Positions 1-12,870 of a stretch of 64,000 bases of DNA are shown here, piece after piece. The stretch covers positions 11,036,001-11,100,000 of the forward strand of contig CM022677.1 in the NCBI GenBank assembly GCA_012295275.1, read 5' to 3'. The DNA comes from Chrysomallon squamiferum (lineage: Eukaryota > Animalia > Mollusca). Under the pieces are notes generated by a model that saw only the letters and a list, made by a program, of their open reading frames with translations, was not told the DNA's origin and did no database searches. A program made the translations under genes and the position numbers. How positions within the stretch are numbered: the stretch's first letter is position 1; each line of letters starts with the position of its first letter.

Positions 1-545
1 AATACACTAAGAATAAATCTGATTTCTCTGATAACTTTACGAGGCCTAATAAAAAATTTGAAGTAATTTTTATATCCGCACTCAGAACAATTCTAATGAA
101 ACTAAGAGAATAGCGTCAGACATATACAGGAAGCTTCCGTTTTTACAGAAAAATAAAAATATTAAGGTGTTATTACTGTTGTTGTTATTTAGCTGTTGAC
201 AAATATGGTGTCTGCTTCACTGACTCATTGACAATTACTGGTGGAGTGGTTATTTTAATATCTAATGTAGTAAGAGAACTTCAGGTATAATAAGAAATAT
301 AAAGTATATTACACTATACAACTTGTGCTGATGTACACTTTTTAATGAATGTAATGAAAACATTAAAATTCGCATAATAAAATAACATATTAACCTTGTT
401 TGTTCTAAGCTAATCAGTATACACGATTGTGATATTTTTCAATATAACCTGATATATTAATAAAATATGAGATTAACACTTGTCAACATACTTAACCTAC
501 AAACTGTAAATATCACTGCTCATAATTAATTATCATCTTTTTCTT
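1..545. repeat. Duplicated segment A; inverted copy at ~25900-26453
   Basis: The reverse complement of 1-55 matches tttattaggccttgtaaagttaacagagaaatcaaatttattcttagtgtatt at 26401-26453. Further anchors (ggaagcttcc, cagtgaagcagacacc, cagcacaagttgtatag) are collinear. Confidence 0.9.
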
Positions 546-614
546 TTTAATATTTATCTTAATATTTCTAGTTGAGAAGTACAGTGAATATTCATGAATA
601 AAATATCGCAACCA

Positions 615-930
615 GATAAAAATAACGTAGTGTTTTTATTAAGAAAATACACTATTTACACTGATAATTTTACGGTGCTTAATTTGTACACGTCATCACT
701 GTCTAACTAGTATTACATGTTATTAGCTTGATCCACGGATTATACTGAATGGCTGGTGTCACCGCTACACTCTAACTATGAATGTTCTGTGTAACACAAT
801 GTAACTAAAATACCGTGTAAACTACTACACAAATAGTTGACACGTTTTAAAATTTATTTTTGTAACTCAGTGGTAAAATTATCAGTGTAAATAGCGTTAT
901 CCTTAAGTAAAACTGACATCTTATTTTTAC
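615..930. mobile_element. MITE-like element with ~58-bp imperfect terminal inverted repeats
   Basis: 615-673 (…ctatttacactgataattttac) is the imperfect reverse complement of 873-930 (gtaaaattatcagtgtaaatag…). The tttacactgat core recurs at ~5975, 26605, 27525 and 63442. No TSD was confirmed. Confidence 0.5.
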
Positions 931-1044
931 TTGTTTATAATTATGTGATGTTATGTGATTTATAATGTAAATAGCGGTATCCTTAATTAAAAATATCACG
1001 TTATTTTTTATTAACTGAATACAAACTATGACAGGGTCATTTCA

Positions 1045-1045
<1 letters not shown>

Positions 1046-1116
<71 letters not shown>
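1046..1116. repeat. (CT)n microsatellite
   Basis: Direct reading of the sequence. Confidence 0.95.
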
Positions 1117-1120
<4 letters not shown>

Positions 1121-1781
1121 GTATCTATCATTGCATCTGTCTATTGTCATTAAGTTATATTTTGTTAAAGTGAATATAATTTTCTATTCAGCGAAAATTA
1201 AAAATAAATATGATTTATGTGATAATGTTTTTTACTGAGTAACAGAAAACAGCTACCGAAATCTCTATGTCTGTAGCCCAGTTTGCATTCATTATTTCCA
1301 CTTCTTTTTCTAAGGTTGATTAAAAATAATCCTGATAATTATAGATCTATTACATTTCTAAGTTGTCATGGAAAGCTTCTTAAATAACAGCTAAAGTTGT
1401 GTCTTAAAACAAATAATATAATACTTATATTTTGAAGAACTATACCTTATTTTAATAGTTTTTATCAAAAGAATTTCATTGTTTTACAAGCAACGAAAAT
1501 TAGGAAGTATTCAACACAATACAAATGAAAGTGAGACTAATTCCTACTAACTCTCGTTAAAATGTAGGTACACGTGTGTGATCGTGGATTTATTTATTTT
1601 TGGTAGTCTTCCAGTTTATTTCTACCCTTTTTTCGCAGAGGTTTCTACGTTTTTCTACTTTACTGCTTTCCTGAATTAAAGTAACCAAATCGAACAATTT
1701 TCTCAACATTAATATAGGCAGTCGAAATCAGTCTAGTCAGCCACACGGAACTCTTAAGTACATACCTTTTTCACTTTCCTG

Positions 1782-1828
1782 TTTGTTGTATTTATAACAA
1801 AAATAAATGTTAGCTTAGGTATCTGTGC

Positions 1829-1868
<40 letters not shown>

Positions 1869-2960
1869 TATTTTATAGTTGTTGTTTTTCTTTATTATTG
1901 TTTTATTTTAATTTAAAGCTACCGAATTAAAATCACAACAGAAAAACTGCTACACATCCTGATAAAGGTGAGACAAGAATCATTTATTTTTATTATTATT
2001 TTAATTTATTTCATTTGAAATTGTCTCAAATGTCTCAAATGCCGTTAGTGTTTGGCAAAAATGGACAAGAAAAACAAAGAGGAATAAAAAGACGCCCACA
2101 AACATAAATCAGAATAGTGACATGGCTCATGCTAGGATGTCACCAAACAATTTTTGTTATGATAAAATTATTTAAAAGATGTTTGTATAGAGGTGAACTA
2201 AGTATGCTTTATTTTGTATACGACTTTGAATGAAAAAGAACCAAATAATAAACTTTAGCTTTTAAAAATACGTAGTAAGTTTTCATCAGAATATCTTAGA
2301 TACTTCTGTCTTATTCAGAACGAATACGTCCAAGAAAACGAAAACGAAAAGTAAATTAAAAACGACGTTAAAATAATCTTTTAAATTTTACCTTTAAAAA
2401 TAACAATTCAGAAATATGTTTTAATTTTTTTTTTTTTTTTTTTTTTTGTAAAAGAAAGTAATAGTAGATATGAAAGACGTATAATTTTTATATATTTTAA
2501 GAAAAATGTAACTTTTAAACGTTTATCTCACAGTGACTATTGTAGTAAAGTAGAAAAAGAAGTATTTATAAGTTAATTTTTTAAATTAGTTTCTGTCTGT
2601 TTTATGACAGCATTGACTGTCTGAGCATACTGAGGTGGAGGAACATTTCCCTAGTCACCTCCTTTACTCCTTTTTATCTTTACAGACCTAACACAATAGA
2701 AATATGCTGTAACAAAATCGCTTATCATTGTTAATCTTCATGTATTCAGTCATTTCATATCCTAACAACATTAATGTGTTTCTCTCGACTCATTATGTCA
2801 TTACATTGTGTCACGTTTCTCTTGATTCACTTTAACCACTCTTTAATACAGTTTTAAACACACATGCACACACATTAATATTAATAATCAAAAGAAATGT
2901 TACCACAGTGCAATTGAAATTTCACAAATATATTAAAACATATTTACTTTCATATGTTTT
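1782..2960. repeat. Duplicated segment B; inverted copy at ~29715-30908
   Basis: For example, catttccctagtcacctcctttactcctttttatctttacagacctaacacaatagaaatatgctgtaa (2644-2712) is reverse-complemented at ~29960-30030, with many other collinear anchors. Confidence 0.92.
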
Positions 2961-3170
2961 TATTTAACACTTCAACACGCCAGGATTATTTGTTGTTTTA
3001 ACGCACACCCAGTTTTCATATATGAGACACCTTACCCAGACTACACAGTTTAAAATGTGAGTTCTAAACTTTGGGATTTTATTTGCTGTATTAACATAAA
3101 TAAAATAAAAAGAAAGAAAAGGTAGGAGAGGCGGAAATAACAACACCGTTTATTTGACAAAAGAACCATA

Positions 3171-3380
3171 TCGATTTATAATTAGTACGTATATTTTAAT
3201 AAAGGTTATTATATTCCTTTATTTATTTTATTTGTATTGCATTTGTTTTGGTATAGTAGTTGCGGAAAAATGCGGGATGATTGCCGCTGTTTAGGGATTT
3301 ACAGTTTTATTTGATATTGGAAGAATCTTACACAGAATTGCCACATGATGGCTGCCATCTTGTTCGAGAACAATAATTAT
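3171..3380. repeat. Dispersed repeat; direct copy at ~60268-60620
   Basis: Shared tcgatttataattagta…aaatgcgggatgatt…gatggc(t/a)gccatctt…gaacaataattatt. Confidence 0.8.
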
Positions 3381-4605
3381 ATATACATAAAAAATAAACA
3401 ATGTCAGAACTTTTGTAGATAATCAAATATAAATCTTGAAACTAGAAGCCTTCAGCTGTTATTCATTATTACAAAAATATAGATAAATTACATAGTTTTA
3501 TAGTTTGAATTTAAAGTAATAATGTAGTCTCTGAACAACATTATGACTGAGAGAACAAGCAGAAATGATCTCCTTTAGTGAAGACGAAACAAAATTTATT
3601 TTCCTAAAATCTGAATATTTCCACATTATTTGACTGATGTATAAGATACAACGTGAACTAAAACTGGATACAACTCAAATCTGTCATGTTGATTTATGTC
3701 TTCAACATAGTGAGATCTAAAAAAAAGAAAAAAGAAAAACATTTTAATATGAAATTAAGTGGAGGCATTGTAGTATTTAGGCAATATTGAAATCTGTTTT
3801 CTCTTTTTTACACTGATTCATTCAAAGACTTGCAGATTATTCAAATACAAGGAAGACATTTATCAGTTTACCTGAATCTTATATAAAGCTGTCTCTATGC
3901 TGCTGCAAAGGTCAACTCATTTTTGTAATCTTAATTTCCTTCCTTGAAAGGGTTTTCCTCATTTGTGTTTCTGTTTTGCTATTATTTTCTAAAAAAGACA
4001 TATATCATGATGTATTATATATATTCAGCTTCATTTTCATATTCGTTTCTTGATAAACAACTGAGAAATGACAGACAAGTTTATAGTTTCCTTTATACTC
4101 TACCAAATTTCATAACGAAATAAATGAATTAACAGTTACTTAAATTGGGACGTTAATAATTAAACAGTAAGGTACATCTGAGCTATGTAATGCAATTAAT
4201 TAAAATTTGTTAATTTCTGCATCATGCTTAAAAATACTGTAATAAAAAGAACAGTTTTGTGGATAATACTGTAGAGCTTTAGAAATCATCATTTTGATAT
4301 AAAACGTGTGTATACTGGTTTGAAACTGTATGAGATATTCAGTGTACTGTTTGCCAAATGACTGAAATGAATCTCAGATTTTTCACAGATTATGAAGGAA
4401 AAATTCCAAGCAAATTTTATTCAGATACAAATTCGTGAATATACAATGATATTTTCGAGTAATTTTAATCTCCTTTTTATTTTTTATTTTTAATTATTTT
4501 TCTTATTGTATAGTTATAATTTTAAATGATATATAGTTTAAAAGATAATTATATTTTTGAAAATACTATTACATAGCTGCTAAATAAAATTATACAATTT
4601 TACAA

Positions 4606-6178
4606 ACTAAATTACAAACATGTACCCCAAAGTATATAAAGAATAAAAAAAACATAATAATAAAAAAAAAACATTTCAAGAATATAATACTCTACCATTA
4701 CCTGTATATATAAAGAAATCAACTCTTCATGATTCTTAGAATCTACATTTAACTGAGAAAACCATAAATAACAAATACCGGAAATAAAAGTAGAAATCCA
4801 GCCGAAATAAAAAAATATATGAGAGTAATCTCCCTTCAGCTATAGTTTCTTTCTTTCTTCTGTTTGTGGGGTTCTCGGTGTACGTCATTGCACACCACAG
4901 AAAATCGCTGATAACGAAACGTCGTATATAGCTGTATAATGAGTAATAAATGTAAATGTGTGGAATACATTCCAGGAATATCATATTCAGTTTAGTTTAC
5001 GTACTATAAACAATATACCGTATCTTTTAATATGTGATAAATAACTAAAATATAAACAATAAAAATAAATACAGTGGACGCTGTCAAAACCGGATGATTC
5101 ATTGAGACCAACGTGATATACCGTTTTAGCCAGAGTGCAGATTTCTAAAGATTAAAATAACATAAAACTGGAATATTTTATTATTACAAATGTTAATGGT
5201 CTATCAGTTGTCAGAGGATGAAAAGTCTGTCATGAATGACTCCTAGTAGAATAAAATGTACGTGAAATTATAAGTATTTTTTAATGAAGCAAAACAGTGG
5301 AAAATATTATAAAACATCACGTTATTTTCACTCAGTATCAATTTATAATAAAAACGTCGCTGGTTTTATGTATTAACGTGAAGTAATGTAATCTGTTCAG
5401 CTGTTAATCAAATATCACATTTATATGGATCTGACCCTTTATTTTATAATGGCATTCAGTGATGAACTTCCAAATTCAGAAATAAATAACTTAATGACTA
5501 GATATGCAGGGGAAGCCCTCTGTTGTGAAATATTTTTCTGTTAAACTGAATTACAATTTCTTCTCAACAACAACCAAAAATATATATATATATATAAAAT
5601 TAATACTGAACACGTGAGAAGTTACACTTTATTTGAATCACAAAATTTGATTTTACTAAGCAAACGACATTAAAATTAAAATTCACAGAGATAAGCTGTT
5701 TTCTCTTTTGTAAAACGCGACGTAATTTACATTTTACATATAAAACCAGCGACGTTTATTGATACTTAGTGAAAATAACGTGATGTTTTGTTATGTTTTA
5801 CCTCTATTTTGCGTCATAAAAATACAATCTTACCTGAAGCTTTTAAATATCAGATTAAAGTAGCGCCGTCTCAAATACATATATAATGATACATACTATT
5901 AATATCCAACATCCATTATATAAATTATATTTATTTATTTATTTATTTGTTTGTTTGTTTATTTCAATTAAAGATAATCAGTGTAAATAGAGGTATTCAT
6001 AATATGTCAGGCTACTTTTGGTTGGATCTCAGTTTTATAAAAACTGAAATCTTGTTAATGTATAGAACGTAAATTCAGTCCAGCAATTTGTCCATAGAAA
6101 AATAAACTGTACGTCAAAGTTTCATGTTTCAGTAAACACTCAAATACGATTTGTATCAATTTTTGACTTTTGGAAGAA
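4606..6178. repeat. Duplicated segments C+D; inverted copies at 29111-29668 and 27338-28107, partial direct copy at ~53920-54090
   Basis: Long near-identical runs, e.g. gtttgtggggttctcggtgtacgtca…cagaaaatcgctgataacgaaacgtcgtatatagctgtataatgag (4863-4943) vs ~29385-29465 reverse complement. Confidence 0.92.
5287..5820. mobile_element. MITE-like element with ~80-bp imperfect inverted ends
   Basis: aaaacatcacgttattttcactcagtatcaa…aaacgtcgctggttttat (5311-5369) is inverted at 5740-5792 (ataaaaccagcgacgttt…ttgatacttagtgaaaataacgtgatgtttt). Confidence 0.5.
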
Positions 6179-7012
6179 TAAAACTGGACAGCCGAATTTT
6201 TAATGAAACACAGCCCGTCGTGTCTTTACAAGTTTCACCCAAACGTTTCTTCACAAAAAACTCGCCGTGTACAGGACGAATAAGTACCACATTTGTTAAA
6301 ATATTCTGGTTAAATATTAATCACCAGAAAAATGTAATTAATAGCACAGTCTGTGGTGTAATTATTGAAAATCACGTTCTTCTGCTTAGAAAAAGTATAT
6401 TTCCTAAAATACATATAACGCTTTGTCTGGAAGTAAAAAAATAATCTTTTCTTCTATTACTACTACTGTCAGGAAGACAGAGAGAAAAAAAATAAAATAA
6501 AACGAAACAAAAAAAATAAGTCTTTTGTTAATAATCTGGAAATCTAACTCGCTATGAATCAGCTCTACAGCTACTGTTGAAAAAAGGGTACATAACTCTC
6601 TATTTCTATGCAGCATGTTCTGTTCTTGATTCACAGTTTTAGATATTTAGTTTTATCTGTAATAATAATGTGATTTTGTTTCTTGTATAATCTCTAATAC
6701 AGTCAATAAAAAATGACGTTAATCCACAAGCGCGCGGAATAATTCTGATTATCGACTGATCTTCTACAAAACAAAATATTTATCTTGCACATTCTGCGTT
6801 AGTAAATGTAAGTAATGTGTCAAGTTATAACATGTCATATTATTAATCTATTCTCTTCTCACCTTTTCCTGTATTATCCTACATTGATAATTAAAAAAAT
6901 TATAATCCTGAAGCCCATTTAATATGTTCACTTTACACCTCTCACCTACTAAATTATGAAGAATGTTTTTTTATTATACGATGTAAATGTTTATTTAGTT
7001 ATTTTTTATATT

Positions 7013-7013
7013 A

Positions 7014-7082
<69 letters not shown>
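7013..7082. repeat. (TTA)n microsatellite
   Basis: Direct reading of the sequence; it explains the poly-Tyr ORF. Confidence 0.95.
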
Positions 7083-7084
<2 letters not shown>

Positions 7085-8324
7085 TTGTGCTTCTCGAATA
7101 ATTGTCTCGCTCATTCTCATATTTTTTTATATATATTTGTTCATGTTCTGTTTGTCAGTAAAGAGGATTGAAAAGTGGATATCTCCAGGTTACTTGTCTG
7201 TGTGAAGCTATAGCTACGTCATAAAAATACATTGACATCCAGACTGGAGCGATGATGTTAACGTCGGAAGTCTTATGGATGTTGAGAAGTAAAGAAATCA
7301 AACAAAGATTAAAATTTTATTTTCTTCTATTGTTGTTGTCGATGTCGTTGGTGTTGTTGTTTTATGTGTGTACTGTAGCATTATAGTAAACATTACAGGT
7401 GTGATTTTACTGCGAAAACACAGTGTACATTCAGAAATGTAGATTGGGCTTCCAGGTTAGCGTGTTTTTATAAACAACAGTAGAATTATATGTGAATATC
7501 GAGAACGCTTCCATACTAATGTGATATTTTATTAACAGAACTTGTTTCACAGAACAGCTAAGTAGGAGTAATTTTACACGGCGTTATGAAAATAAGACGC
7601 AACTTCAGTACCGCCATCACTATTTATGTTACATGTTTTATGTTGTAAACAGAGGCGTAGCGGTAATATTATGTATTGAAAACACAGTGTATTGAAAAAT
7701 AGAGGTATTGTTTTTTAATTAACAATATTAGATAACTTTATTTTGCATAATAAATAAATAAATAAATAAATAATACCCTTAATTTTTCATTAACAGGTGT
7801 AACGTATCTAACAAGTTGAATAATGAATCAACGTTTAATAATGCGCATTATTGATTAAGATATTAGAATTGAAGTTGAGAGGTGAGAGACTAGATTAAGA
7901 TGAATTAATTTCACCATGTTATTGATATTTGCAAGTGCATCTTTCTTAAATACTACAAAAGTCTAGAATATAGAGAAACATTAATAGACGTGTTTATTAT
8001 TAAAAGTAGTGAAAAGGCGAGGATGCGCGAGATGAATCTTGTTTATTATAACACAAGTTCTTAAATATACTGCGCTATTACAGATTAATTCTTAATTAAC
8101 TGTAGAAAGTGATATACTATTATCTCCCCTAAAAATTAAATTGATAATTAGAGAATTAATATTCCACTAGATATAATCTAGAGAGCTATATATTAATGTA
8201 ATTATATTATGGTTCTTTCGCTGAATTTAAATGTTATTAGTATAAACAGGACTAGTTGAAGCAACTAAACTGTAAATATTGTCCTTTAGTTCCATTATAT
8301 GTGCTAAACAGCGTTCATCATAAT

Positions 8325-8620
8325 AACAAGAACTTTTATTTTTATATATTTTTTTTCATTACTACAATACAAAGGACATTTCAGTTTCCGTTTCCAGGAT
8401 AAATAAATTTATTAATATTAATATCTAAGATCCTTCAGTATTTTAAGGCATACACAGAACCTCTCCCAGTGAGATAAAATATCATCGCTGCTTTCTTATC
8501 AATGTTTTCTGCAGTGTTTATCATTTCTTTTACTAAAGTTTTAATTACAGCGACACCTGCACTTATAACTGTAATCAGAGAGGTAGATAGGTAGGTGGAT
8601 AGACAGATAGACTGACAGAT
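8325..8620. repeat. Left arm of an inverted repeat; right arm at ~13450-13835
   Basis: The reverse complement gtcgctgtaatt…gaaaacattgataagaaagcagcgatg…gagaggttc…aaaatactg(a/g)aggatctt matches 13547-13672, and aaatgtc(c/t)tttgt…gtaa matches ~13796-13817. Confidence 0.8.
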
Positions 8621-8627
8621 AGATGGA

Positions 8628-10040
8628 GACTGTTGTATGTACTATCCTCTGAGTGACAGTGTTTGTCCAAGGCAGTGCATCGTGTCTAGTGTATTACAGA
8701 CTATGGTATGTACTACCCTGTCAGTGATTCTGTTTGTTCAAGGCAGTGCATCGTGTCTTGTATATGACACTGTGGTATGTAATACCCTGTCAGTGAGTCT
8801 GCTTGTTCAAGGCAGTGATGTGTGTCTAGTATATTACAGACTGTGGTACGTACTACCCTGTCTATGAGTCTATTTGTTCAAGTTATTGCATCGTGTCTAC
8901 TAAATTACAGACTGTGGTATGTACTTCCCTGTCAGTGAACCTGTGAGCTCAAGACAGTGCCTCGTGACTAGTATATTACAGACTGTTGTATGTACTATCC
9001 TCTCAGTGAGTCTGTTTGTTCAAGGCAGTGCATCGTCTCTAGTATTTTACAGACTGTGGTATGTACTACCCTGTCAGTGAATCTGTTTGTTCAAGGCAGT
9101 GAATCATGTCTAGTATATTACAGAATGTGGTATGTACTATCCTGTCAGTCTGTCTGTTTGTTAAAGGCAGTGCCTCGTGACTAGTATATTACAGACTGTG
9201 GTATGTACTATCCTGTCACTCAGTCTGTTTGTTCAAGGCAGTGAATCCTGTCTAGTAAATTACAGACTGCTGTATGTACCTTTCTCTTAGTGAGTCTGTT
9301 TGTTCAAGGCAGTGAATCCTGTCTAGTAAATTACAGACTGTTGTATGTACTATCCTGTCACTCAGTCTGTTTGTTCAAGGCAGTGAATCCTGTGTAGTAA
9401 ATTACAGACTGTTGTATGTACCTTTCTCTTAGTGAGTCTGTTTGTTCAAGGCAGTGAATCCTGTCTAGTAAATTACAGACTGTTGTATGTACTATCCTGT
9501 CACTCAGTCTGTTTGTTCAAGGCAGTGAATCCTGTGTAGTAAATTACAGACTGTTGTATGTACCTTTCTCTTAGTGAGTCTGTTTGTTCAAGGCAGTGAA
9601 TCCTGTCTAGTAAATTACAGACTGTTGTATGTACTATCCTGTCACTCAGTCTGTTTGTTCAAGGCAGTGAATCCTGTGTAGTAAATTACAGACTGTTGTA
9701 TGTACCTTTCTCTTAGTGAGTCTGTTTGTTCAAGGCAGTGAATCCTGTCTAGTAAATTACAGACTGTTGTATGTACTATCCTGTCACTCAGTCTGTTTGT
9801 TCAAGGCAGTGAATCCTGTGTAGTAAATTACAGACTGTTGTATGTACCTTTCTCTTAGAGAGTCTGTTTGTTCAAGGCAGTGAATCCTGTCTAGTAAATT
9901 ACAGACTGTTGTATGTACCTTTCTCTTAGCGAGTCTGTTTGTTCAAGGCAGTGAATCCTGTGTAGTAAATTACAGACTGTTGTATGTACCTTTCTCTTAG
10001 TGAGTCTGGTTGTTCAAGGCAGTGCACCGTATCCAGTATA
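8628..10040. repeat. 71-bp minisatellite, 20 copies, with an alternating A/B 142-bp higher-order repeat in the distal half
   Basis: Units start at 8628, 8699, 8768, 8839, 8910, 8981, 9052 … 9975. The core is gactgttgtatgtac…gtctgtttgttcaaggcagtgaatcctgtctagtaaattaca. Confidence 0.95.
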
Positions 10041-10315
10041 AAGAACATTTTAAAATTGTATTCGGTGATTAATATAAACGACGATGATGTTATTAGAGTG
10101 ATTTTTACAACAAAAGGTGACAATTATTTGCAGGTTGATGATGATATTTACTATTTTAGAGTGACAGGAAAAAAGGAGTGTTCGCGAGAGATTAATATGA
10201 GTTTTCTGTTACGTACACAACATATTTATAATGATAATTAGACGTGCCATATTAATATTAAGAAATACAGAGACTAACTAGGAGAGAAATGTTCTTTTTC
10301 ATTAACAGTATTAAA

Positions 10316-10346
<31 letters not shown>

Positions 10347-10515
10347 ATGATGATAATAATAATAATAATAATAACAATAATCAAGACTACAAACTACACA
10401 AGGCTCTCAAGACAGATTTGACGATAATCAAACATATTTCTGGCTACCATTAAAACTGATAAATCTTAGCTGCTTTCCCTTTGAAACCAAATAGATTTGG
10501 ACATTGGCAAATATC

Positions 10516-10716
10516 GTACACGGAACCATGTCGCAAACAGCACAGCTGGAATAAACTCATCCTCCCCCCCCCCGTAATATCCGCGAAACCTCGCAATCAG
10601 ACTTAAATAGCAGAATACCCATTGCTAAATACATAATACATAATACACATACATACTTAAATAGACACATCCATACACACATACACATATACATACATAC
10701 TAGCATATATATATAC

Positions 10717-10763
<47 letters not shown>

Positions 10764-11308
10764 CACAAACACACACATACATACTAACATATATACATAT
10801 CTATAAACATACATATATACATACGTACACTCATACACAATTAATATAAAGTCGCGTCAACAGCATACAAATCATAACGATGCGAACGAGCAACCTCATG
10901 ATGCAAGATGAGAGTAAAATGAGAGTACACGGAATCATGTCGCAAACAGCACAGCTGGAATAAACTCACCCTCCCCCCTGTACTATCCGCGAAACATCGC
11001 AATCAGACTTAAATAGCAGAATACCTATAGCTAAATTCATAATACATACATACATACTTACATAGACACATCCATACACACATACACATATATACATACT
11101 AGCATACATATATATACATATACATATACATATATATATATATACACACAAACACACACATACATATACATACTAACATATATACATATCTATAAACATA
11201 CATATACACATGCGTACACTCATACACAATTAATACAAGCCGCGTCAACAGCATACAAATCATAACGATGCGAACGAGCAACCTCATGATGCAAGATGAG
11301 AGTAAAAT
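10516..11308. repeat. Tandem duplication of a ~400-bp unit (10516-10920, 10925-11308) containing a TA/CA microsatellite
   Basis: Both units start gtacacggaa(c/t)catgtcgcaaacagcacagctgg and end gatgcaagatgagagtaaaat. Confidence 0.95.
10970..11287 (-). CDS. Putative first two coding exons (11257-11287, 10970-11030) of a secreted protein, MRLLVRIVMISIGILLFKSDCDVSRIVQGG; downstream exons not found
   Basis: ATG, a GTATGC donor, a TTTAG acceptor and a GTGAGT donor, with matching phases. The N-terminus is hydrophobic and signal-peptide-like. Confidence 0.35.
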
Positions 11309-11379
11309 TTTCCTTTTACTTTTCTCTTCACTGACTGCATGCGGCTAATGACATCAAACTGACCACCAACGCCAGTCGG

Positions 11380-11420
11380 AAACAAATTTAAGTTACCCGG
11401 AAGTGTACATGTGTCCAATA
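11380..11420. promoter_or_regulatory. Candidate bidirectional promoter: ETS/GABP motif CCGGAAGTG and a CCAAT box
   Basis: ccggaagtg at 11397-11405 and ccaat at ~11415, lying between a minus-strand ATG (11287) and a plus-strand ATG (~11436). Confidence 0.3.
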
Positions 11421-11987
11421 TTAAGATAACCACAATGGCAAAGAGAAATTTCAGTGAGCTACATCATGAAAAGTAAGATTGTGGAACAATCGTTTTCGAA
11501 AAACTTATCCTCTGTTAGACAAATAAAAAAAATAAAAAAAAATAAAAAAATAAAAAGAAAGAAAGAAAGAAAAGAAAAGGAAAGTAAAGAAGTCTGTAGT
11601 AAGTACATTTATAGGAGTTATCAGAAAAAATCCAAAATTGTGAGACAAAATACTCAAAAACAAAAAGAGTTCACGATCCCGTTCGTCGAAAGTTACAGTC
11701 GATGGAAGCAAAAAAAAAATATATATATATATATAAAACAAACGAACGATGAGGATTGGAGATTAATCCTGACAGCAACAGACAATTTATTCAGATTATA
11801 TGACCGATTTTTTCAAACAACTTAAGCATACGTGTAAGCATAAAGGTTTAAACGAAGAGCTTAGTTTTGGACAATATTTAATTGTTCATCATTATTATTA
11901 TGATTATTATTGTTACTTTTCAAAATTAATATTATTTATTCTATTTTCATTTATTATTATTTATTTGTATTTATTTATTTATTTATT

Positions 11988-12037
<50 letters not shown>

Positions 12038-12104
12038 TGACAAAGGAAAGTGTCATTTTAGTGATGAGCTCATCTGTATTTTGTTGACGTGTCAGAAAGT
12101 CGAA

Positions 12105-12165
12105 GCTGATTGGTCACTTTGAATATTATTACGTCATTAGCAACAAGGCAGTTAGCAACTAGACA
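12105..12165 (+). promoter_or_regulatory. Clustered NF-Y (CTGATTGG), CRE-like (TTACGTCA) and two RFX half-sites (TAGCAAC) upstream of the orphan gene
   Basis: The motifs are read directly within ~60 bp, about 100-150 bp upstream of the ATG at 12259. Confidence 0.4.
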
Positions 12166-12258
12166 ATTATCTACAACAGTGAGCTGCAGTTGTGTTTAAA
12201 AAGCAACTAAAAATATAGAAAAAAATGAAGTGGTTATCTTGGTGTTGTCCGTGTGTCC

Positions 12259-12870
12259 ATGCGTCGAAGACATAAAAGAAAATTCAGAAAAATGATTGAG
12301 GCTAAACAAGAAGTGCTAAGAGGTACGTATAACTATGAATTCAAATAGATGGTAATTTACAAGCATCAATAGGCAGTCAAGTATGTCACGTGACTAATTA
12401 CAAATATCGCCCGTTTCTACCATGTCAAAGATAATATATGTGTTAAACGTACATTATATAACTGTAATCACAAATAATAAAATAATAATCTAAAACCAAA
12501 AATAACAAACAATAACATATTAATATAAAACTTTATCTAATATTTACTGTTTGCAGTGGACAAAGATATTATTTTGGAGGACCCGGAGGAAACCGTGATG
12601 GAGTTGAATTTGGTATCGGACGCGTACACTAGCGAGGTGGAGAAACTGTTAACACTCTGGGAATACCGCATCGGAGAATACCATCTGAATATTGCCGAAT
12701 GCATGGACCATACAAAGTTTAATCCGTTTAAAGAATTTGATTGGTTCTGGCGAAGCAACGAAGATTTGCGAGCTGAGCTTTACGCACTTCGAAAGCCGCC
12801 AAAACGCTACTACGAGCTTCTCAGAAAGAACAAAGAGTTGTGCAATATTCTCACAGATTTATTGTATTAG
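12259..12870 (+). CDS. Two-exon orphan gene (12259-12322 + 12557-12870), 125 aa, with a basic NLS-like N-terminus MRRRHKRKFRK; function unknown
   Basis: An AG|GTACGT donor and a ttgcag acceptor join in frame (G+TG). Exon 2 is a GC-elevated, non-repetitive open frame (DKDIILEDPEE…ILTDLLY*). Confidence 0.6.

Noticed and set aside
6956-7171. Poly-Tyr, poly-Ile, RERE, YIYI and CVCV ORFs here and elsewhere (e.g. 11800, 17791, 35348, 43547, 59684)
   Set aside because: They are translations of microsatellites with no coding signal.
8628-10040. Regularly spaced repeats resembling a CRISPR array; Cys/Val-rich ORFs 8637-8867 and 8990-9184
   Set aside because: The units are contiguous tandem repeats with no unique spacers, there are no cas genes, and the context is eukaryotic. 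The ORFs are repeat read-through.
11454-11825. 123-aa Lys-rich ORF as an intact gene
   Set aside because: It is interrupted by A-rich and TA microsatellites, and coding-like pieces lie in different frames. At best it is a decayed gene with no recognisable homology.
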